The notes under the pieces: model-generated
Told to the model about the DNA's origin: nothing
Database searches by the model: none
The model's input: only the letters and a program-made list of their open reading frames with translations
Made by a program: the position numbers and the translations under genes
Source: Pseudogulbenkiania sp.
Lineage (GTDB): Bacteria; Pseudomonadota; Gammaproteobacteria; Burkholderiales; Chromobacteriaceae
Direction: 5' to 3'
Assembly: GCA_018260425.1 (NCBI GenBank)
Contig: JAGLBD010000014.1
Span: 529-64,528 of the forward strand
Length of the DNA: 64,000 bases
In this document: one piece after another, positions 58,780 to 64,000 of the stretch
Position numbering within the stretch: the first letter of the stretch is position 1
Layout of the letters: each line of letters begins with the position of its first letter

Positions 58780-59751
58780 ATGAATCTTCTGGAAATTAAC
58801 TCTCTCTCGGTGGCCTTCGGGTCGACTGAAAAGCCTTTCCACGCGGTGGACGGTCTGGACCTGACCGTTCGTCAGGGGGAAATCGTCGGTATCGTCGGTG
58901 AGTCGGGTTCCGGCAAGTCGGTGACGATGATGGCCATGATGGGCTTGCTGGACGGGCAGGGGCGCATCACGGCCGAGCGCTTGCAATTCGACGGCAAGGA
59001 TTTGCTGACGCTGGGGGCGCGGGAGCGTCGCCGCATCGTCGGCAAAGATATTTCGATGATCTTTCAGGATCCGATGACCGCGCTGAACCCGAGTTTCACC
59101 GTGGGCTACCAGATCATGGAAGTGTTGCGTGAACATCTGGGGCTGAAAGGTTCCGCACTCAGGCAGCGGGCGCTGGAATTGATGGAAATGGTTGAAATTC
59201 CGGCGGCGGCGAGTCGTCTGGATGCCTATCCGCACCAGTTGTCCGGCGGGATGAGTCAGCGGGTCGCCATTGCCATGGCGATTGCCTGTCGTCCCAAGTT
59301 ACTGATTGCCGACGAACCGACCACGGCACTGGATGTCACCATTCAGGCGCAGATCATGGACTTGCTGGTCAGTCTCCAGCAAAGCCAGAACATGTCGCTG
59401 ATCCTGATTACCCATGACCTTGCGGTGATTTCCGAAATTGCCCAGCGCGTGGCCGTCATGTACGCAGGGCAGGTCGTCGAATTATCCCGGGTTCCGGACA
59501 TCTTCCTGTCGCCGGCGCATCCTTATACCGAAGCCTTGCTGGCGTCGATTCCCGAACACAGCAAAGGGGCGCGGCGTCTCAGCACCTTGCCGGGCATTGT
59601 GCCCGGGCACCATGACCGCCCGGTCGGGTGTTTGCTGTCGCCGCGCTGCCCGTATGTGCAGGATTCGTGTCGAACGGTGCGCCCGGAGCTGACGACAACG
59701 TCGGCCGGCGCTGTACGCTGTCATTTCCCGCTGAGCGGCAAGGAGGCCTGA
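58780..59751 (+). CDS. dppD: Dipeptide ABC transporter ATP-binding protein
   Basis: Walker A GESGSGKS, signature LSGGMSQR, Walker [13 protein letters not shown]. Confidence 0.9.
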   Translation: MNLLEINSLSVAFGSTEKPFHAVDGLDLTVRQGEIVGIVGESGSGKSVTMMAMMGLLDGQGRITAERLQFDGKDLLTLGARERRRIVGKDISMIFQDPMTALNPSFTVGYQIMEVLREHLGLKGSALRQRALELMEMVEIPAAASRLDAYPHQLSGGMSQRVAIAMAIACRPKLLIADEPTTALDVTIQAQIMDLLVSLQQSQNMSLILITHDLAVISEIAQRVAVMYAGQVVELSRVPDIFLSPAHPYTEALLASIPEHSKGARRLSTLPGIVPGHHDRPVGCLLSPRCPYVQDSCRTVRPELTTTSAGAVRCHFPLSGKEA

Positions 59752-60722
59752 TGAGTACCGTATTGCAAGCACGGGAACTGGCCCGTTATTACCCGGTGTC
59801 GCGCGGCTTCCTCAAAGGCTACGCACAGGTGCGCGCCTTGAACGGTGTGTCGTTCGAGCTTGACGCCGGTCGAACCCTTGCCGTGGTGGGGGAGTCCGGT
59901 TGCGGCAAGTCGACGCTGGCGCGCCAGCTGACCCTGATCGAACCGCCGAGTGCCGGTTCGCTGATTCTGGACGGGGTGGATGCCACCACGGCGTCACGGC
60001 AGGAACTGGCCGGTATGCGCACCAAGGTGCAGATGGTGTTCCAGAATCCCTATGCCTCGCTCAATCCGCGCCAGAAAATCGGTGACCAGTTGGCCGAGCC
60101 GCTGGTCATCAATACCGGCTTGTCCCGACCGGAGCGCATCGAGAAGGTGCGGGCGATGATGAGCAAGGTGGGACTGCGCCCGGAGTTTTTCTATCGCTAT
60201 CCGCACATGTTCTCCGGTGGGCAGCGGCAGCGTATCGCCATTGCACGCGCCATGATGCTTAACCCGCGCATCGTGATCGCCGATGAGCCGACCAGTGCAT
60301 TGGATGTTTCCATTCAGGCGCAGGTGCTGAATCTGTTCATGGACTTGCAGGAAGAGTTCAACACGGCCTATGTGTTCATTTCGCACAATCTGGCGGTGGT
60401 CGAACATGTGGCTGACGACGTGCTGGTGATGTATCTGGGCCGGGCGGTGGAGATGGGCTCCAAGGAATTGATTTACACTCGTCCCCTGCATCCGTATACG
60501 CAGGCGCTGCTGTCGGCGACGCCGAGCATCCATGCGTCGGAACGCCGCGTGAAGATTCCGATTCGTGGCGAATTGCCCAGTCCGATGAACCCGCCGGAGG
60601 GCTGTGCGTTTCACAAGCGTTGTCCGCATGCGGCGGAGCGTTGCCGCAGCGAGGTGCCGGAGCTGCGCGAACTGGATGGTCGCCAGCTGGCCTGTCACCG
60701 GGCAGAGGAGATCAACGTTTGA
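59751..60722 (+). CDS. dppF: Dipeptide ABC transporter ATP-binding protein
   Basis: ORF 59628-60722. ATG 59751 overlaps the dppD stop (TGATG). Walker A GESGCGKST, FSGGQRQR, IVIADEPTSALD. Confidence 0.9.
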   Translation: MSTVLQARELARYYPVSRGFLKGYAQVRALNGVSFELDAGRTLAVVGESGCGKSTLARQLTLIEPPSAGSLILDGVDATTASRQELAGMRTKVQMVFQNPYASLNPRQKIGDQLAEPLVINTGLSRPERIEKVRAMMSKVGLRPEFFYRYPHMFSGGQRQRIAIARAMMLNPRIVIADEPTSALDVSIQAQVLNLFMDLQEEFNTAYVFISHNLAVVEHVADDVLVMYLGRAVEMGSKELIYTRPLHPYTQALLSATPSIHASERRVKIPIRGELPSPMNPPEGCAFHKRCPHAAERCRSEVPELRELDGRQLACHRAEEINV

Positions 60723-60742
60723 TAGACTCACGGTGAGTCTGT

Positions 60743-60777
60743 CGCGAAAACCCCGCCCAGGCGGGGTTTTTTTCGCG
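60743..60777 (+). terminator. Rho-independent terminator after dppF
   Basis: CGCGAAAACCCCGC-CCAG-GCGGGGTTTTTTTCGCG. Confidence 0.85.
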
Positions 60778-60827
60778 TTGCAGCAAAAATGCCTTTACCC
60801 GATGGTTTACGCAGGATACATTCCGCG

Positions 60828-61361
60828 ATGACACAGACCCAGAGAAGAGGTAAGCATCAATTGAAGCGCGCCGTGTACGCCGGTAGTTTTGATCCTGTCA
60901 CCAATGGCCACTTGTGGATGATCCGCGAAGCCGTCGAGCTGTTCGACGAGCTGGTGGTTGCCGTTGGTGTGAATCCGGACAAGCGCTGTACCTTTACGGT
61001 CGATGAGCGCGTCGAGTTGCTGCGCGCCGTGACGCGGGGCTTCGACAAGCTGCGGGTCGATGTTTTCGAGAATCAGTTTCTGGTCAATTATGCCCAGTCG
61101 GTCGGTGCCAATTACATTGTGCGCGGCATCCGGACGGCCAGTGATTACGAATATGAACGCACCATGCGTTACATCAACTCCGACCTGCAGTCGGATATCA
61201 CCACGATTTTACTGTTGCCGCCCCGTGAGTATGCCGAGGTGTCCTCGACCATGGTCAAGGGCATGGTGGGTCCACGGGGCTGGGAGCAGGTCATCCGGCA
61301 TTATGTGCCCGAGCCGGTGTATCGCAAGCTGGTGGCCATGTACAGGGAAGCGGAAGTCTGA
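60828..61361 (+). CDS. coaD: Phosphopantetheine adenylyltransferase
   Basis: ORF 60789-61361. [14 protein letters not shown] (T/HxGH), ...RGIR...DYEYE..., SSTMVK as in E. coli CoaD. Has a short N-terminal extension ([13 protein letters not shown]), so the start is uncertain. Confidence 0.8.
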   Translation: MTQTQRRGKHQLKRAVYAGSFDPVTNGHLWMIREAVELFDELVVAVGVNPDKRCTFTVDERVELLRAVTRGFDKLRVDVFENQFLVNYAQSVGANYIVRGIRTASDYEYERTMRYINSDLQSDITTILLLPPREYAEVSSTMVKGMVGPRGWEQVIRHYVPEPVYRKLVAMYREAEV

Positions 61362-61384
61362 TCTTTCGCGGTAAGCACTAATCA

Positions 61385-61416
61385 CGCGCCATCCCGAGGT
61401 TGGCGCGTTTTGTTTT
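61385..61416 (+). terminator. Rho-independent terminator after coaD
   Basis: CGCGCCA-N9-TGGCGCG followed by TTTTGTTTT. Confidence 0.75.
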
Positions 61417-61429
61417 ATGAGGTTTCACG

Positions 61430-62377
61430 ATGGTCGATGTCAGTGCATTTGCAAATCGCCTCGCCAAGAATTACAAGCATTACGCCAAATGGGCGCGTCG
61501 TCAGGATATAGAAGCTTGGCGAGTCTATGACAAAGATGTTCCCCAGTTTCCCGTCGCTATCGATATCTATGGTGAGCATTGTCATCTTCAGGAATACGAT
61601 ACCGGCTGGGAGATTGAGGATGCCGAGCATGCCGAATGGCTTGAAGCCGTGGTGGCGGCCATCGCCCAGGTAACGGGCGTGCCGGTGGCGAACATCGTCG
61701 TCAAAACCCGCCGTCGCCAGAAGGGCGATCAGCAATATGAAAAGCTCGGCGAGTCAAAAGAAGACTTCGTTATTGGTGAGTTCGGCCAGCGTTTCATTGT
61801 CAATTTGCGCGACTATCTGGATACCGGTTTGTTTCTCGATCACCGCAATACCCGTCGCCGGGTACGCGAGGAAGCGGCCGGCAAGCGTTTTCTGAATCTG
61901 TTCGCCTATACCGGTAGTTTCACCGTCTATGCTGCGGCGGGCGGTGCGGTGTCGTCGGAGACCGTCGATCTGTCGAATACCTATCAGAACTGGTCGCGGC
62001 GCAATTTTGAACTCAACGGAATGGACTGTGCCCACCATACCCTGGTACGTGCCGATGTCTTCCAGTATCTGGCCGACGCCATTTTCGAGGGCAAACGCTT
62101 CGACCTGATCGTCATGGATCCTCCGACGTTTTCGAATTCCAAGAAAATGCTGGATATTCTCGACGTGCAGCGTGACCATTTCACGCTGGTGTCGCAAGCC
62201 ATGAAGATTCTGGCCCCGGGCGGGGTGCTGTACTTTTCGAATAACCTGCGTTCTTTCGAACTGGATGCCTCCTTGCCGATTCTTTACCGTGTCGAAGAGC
62301 TATCCCACCAATCGGTTCCGGAAGATTTCCGCAACAAGAAGATCCATCGCTGCTTCAGTATCCGCCATATCGAATAA
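61430..62377 (+). CDS. Class I SAM-dependent rRNA methyltransferase, RlmK-like (stand-alone homolog of the C-terminal half of E. coli RlmKL)
   Basis: 315 aa. NRL.KN.KH..KWARR....A.R.YD.D.P N-terminus, LNLFAYTGSF SAM motif, MDPPTFSNSK motif IV. Confidence 0.7.
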   Translation: MVDVSAFANRLAKNYKHYAKWARRQDIEAWRVYDKDVPQFPVAIDIYGEHCHLQEYDTGWEIEDAEHAEWLEAVVAAIAQVTGVPVANIVVKTRRRQKGDQQYEKLGESKEDFVIGEFGQRFIVNLRDYLDTGLFLDHRNTRRRVREEAAGKRFLNLFAYTGSFTVYAAAGGAVSSETVDLSNTYQNWSRRNFELNGMDCAHHTLVRADVFQYLADAIFEGKRFDLIVMDPPTFSNSKKMLDILDVQRDHFTLVSQAMKILAPGGVLYFSNNLRSFELDASLPILYRVEELSHQSVPEDFRNKKIHRCFSIRHIE

Positions 62378-62503
62378 TCCGGCCGGGGGGATAGCGTTAC
62401 CCTATGCCCCCCGTTGGAAAATACAATCGCATGGTGCTCTTGTCGATGACGGGTGGCGTCCCTATCCTCTGCGGTAGACACCCCCGAATCAAAGGAAGCC
62501 ATC

Positions 62504-62866
62504 ATGGCCGTAACCGATATCACTGCATCAACCTTCAATGAGTCCGTCAATCGCGACGGCATCGTCATTCTGGATTTCTGGGCTCCATGGTGCGGCCCGT
62601 GCAAGAGCTTCGCTCCGGTGTTTGAAGACGCGGCCGACGAGCATGAAGATATTTTCTTCGGCAAGATCAATACCGAGGCCGAACAGGAGTTGGCACAGCA
62701 TTTCGCCATCCGTTCCATTCCGACCCTCATGGTATTGCGCGACAACATTATGGTGTTCAATCAAGCCGGCGCGATGACAGCCGGTCAATTTGCCAAATTG
62801 ATCTCGGCGGTACGCGATCTGGACATGAATGAAGTTCGCCGCGACATCGAGAGCCGCGAAGCGTAA
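62504..62866 (+). CDS. Thioredoxin
   Basis: ORF 62453-62866. ATG 62504 follows AAGGAAG. WAPWCGPCK active site. 120 aa. Confidence 0.9.
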   Translation: MAVTDITASTFNESVNRDGIVILDFWAPWCGPCKSFAPVFEDAADEHEDIFFGKINTEAEQELAQHFAIRSIPTLMVLRDNIMVFNQAGAMTAGQFAKLISAVRDLDMNEVRRDIESREA

Positions 62867-62870
62867 GATA

Positions 62871-62900
62871 AACCCGACATATTTTGTCGGGTTTTATTTT
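62871..62900 (+). terminator. Rho-independent terminator after the thioredoxin gene
   Basis: AACCCGACA-loop-TGTCGGGTT followed by TTATTTT. Confidence 0.8.
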
Positions 62901-62963
62901 GCCCGGCATGGCTTTGACCTATATACAGAGAGACGCGACTCTCTTGCGACGTGAGGCTCACCG

Positions 62964-63503
62964 ATGAAACCACTTTATATGTTGGCGTTATTGCCCTCTC
63001 TGGCCGGTGCGGCAAGTTGTCCTGCCATTCTCGACCATCGTGTCCCGGGGTTGATGGGCGGCGAGATCAATCTTTGCCAGTACGCGGATCGTCCGGTATT
63101 GGTCGTCAATACCGCTAGCCACTGTGGTTTCACTCCGCAGTTCACCGGCCTGCAAAAACTCTATGACACCTATAAAGGCAATGGTCTGGTCGTCATCGGA
63201 TTTCCGAGCAATGACTTTTTCCAGGAGCTGGACAAAGACAGCGAGATCGGCAGCTTCTGTCAGGCCAACTATGGCGTCACCTTTCCGATGGCGACCAAAG
63301 TCCATGTCCGGGGCAGCGATGCCACACCGTTCTTCAAAGGCCTGATCAAAGCCACCGGCGAAAGTCCGATGTGGAACTTCCATAAATATCTGGTGCTGCC
63401 GGGTGGCAAGGTGATGGCGTTTGGTACGCGAACCGCGCCGGAGTCCGAGGAAATCGTCACCGCCTTCAAGCCCTATCTCAAACCGGCCGAGGCCAGGCAA
63501 TAG
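62964..63503 (+). CDS. Glutathione peroxidase family protein (Cys type) with signal peptide
   Basis: NTASHCGFT, FPSNDFFQE and WNFHKYL GPx motifs. N-terminal MKPLYMLALLPSLAGAAS. Confidence 0.88.
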   Translation: MKPLYMLALLPSLAGAASCPAILDHRVPGLMGGEINLCQYADRPVLVVNTASHCGFTPQFTGLQKLYDTYKGNGLVVIGFPSNDFFQELDKDSEIGSFCQANYGVTFPMATKVHVRGSDATPFFKGLIKATGESPMWNFHKYLVLPGGKVMAFGTRTAPESEEIVTAFKPYLKPAEARQ

Positions 63504-63514
63504 GGAATGACGCC

Positions 63515-64000
63515 ATGGACTGTTGTCTGATTGCCGGTGCAGCGGGCGGTATCGGTTCGCGACTTGCGCAGCGCTTGGCCGTCGAGGGAAGACGGCTGGT
63601 GTTGTGCGGGCGCAATGAGCTGGCGCTGCAGGCATTGGCCGACAGTCTTCTCTGCGACTGCAAGGTGATGGTGGTCGATCTGGTGCAAGGGACGCAGGTT
63701 GCCGATCTCTATAAAACGCTGGCCGAACAGGACTGGCACGTGGATGGCATGGCTCACTGTGTGGGCAGTATCGCCTTGAAACCGCTGCACCTGTTGTCTG
63801 AACAGGAAGCGCGTGAGGTATTTGAGGTCAATTACTGGAGTGCCTTCCATCTATTGAAGGGCTTTGTCCAGCAACGACTGGCGGTCAGGCAGCCCGGCGC
63901 TGCCGTTCTGACCGGTTCTCTGGTGGTGAATGCGGGCTTTCCCGGGCACGAAGCGATTGCGTCGGCCAAGTCGGCGCTGGTGGGACTGATGAAAAGTGCG
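63515..64000 (+). CDS. Short-chain dehydrogenase/reductase (SDR), 3' end outside the window
   Basis: Open frame from ATG 63515 to the window edge, so it is absent from the ORF track. MDCCLIAGAAGGIGSRLAQRL (TGxxxGxG-like) and ...HEAIASAKSAL (YxxxK region variant). Confidence 0.7.
   Translation, partial: MDCCLIAGAAGGIGSRLAQRLAVEGRRLVLCGRNELALQALADSLLCDCKVMVVDLVQGTQVADLYKTLAEQDWHVDGMAHCVGSIALKPLHLLSEQEAREVFEVNYWSAFHLLKGFVQQRLAVRQPGAAVLTGSLVVNAGFPGHEAIASAKSALVGLMKSA

Overview
Gene-dense chromosomal window with about 60 CDS from a moderately GC-rich Gram-negative bacterium. GC was judged by eye at around 60%, not computed. Gene content and order (murJ<>rpsT, fmdB-DUF502-aspS, iscRSUA-hscBA-fdx-iscX, kdpFABCDE) look beta-proteobacterial, Neisseriales/Chromobacteriaceae-like, but that is an impression and not a search result. 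I saw no rRNA, tRNA, CRISPR array, transposase, integrase or phage genes. Layout from left to right: a truncated TonB-dependent receptor, chaA and a hybrid histidine-kinase-like protein. Next come speF (ornithine decarboxylase), a LysR regulator, a tandem array of three small secreted proteins, a small membrane protein, a CxxCH-containing chemoreceptor, ychJ and potE. Then a REC-HD-GYP / FIST / PAS hybrid kinase operon, a GNAT, kdpFABCDE, mltA and an RND adaptor-pump pair. Then two B3/4-domain paralogs flanking a Pmp3-like peptide, alaX-queF-murJ (minus strand), rpsT, fabI-pta-ackA (minus strand), fmdB-DUF502-aspS, a peroxiredoxin, an orphan small protein and a GST. The right end holds the full isc operon (minus strand), a FabH-like KAS III, dppABCDF, coaD, an RlmK-like methyltransferase, thioredoxin, glutathione peroxidase and a truncated SDR. 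Most of this is ordinary housekeeping. There is no obvious defence or mobile system. Six things seem most worth a second look. (1) The 346-bp-period array of unrecognised secreted proteins, divergent from the LysR gene and sitting between the separated speF and potE genes. (2) The long AT-rich leaders of speF and potE. (3) The HD-GYP/FIST/kinase module. (4) A kinase-like protein with a degenerate ATP-binding domain. (5) A possible extra mini-cistron in front of kdpF. (6) A cluster of free-standing aminoacyl-tRNA editing-domain homologs. All family assignments come from my own reading of the translations, and none is a database result.
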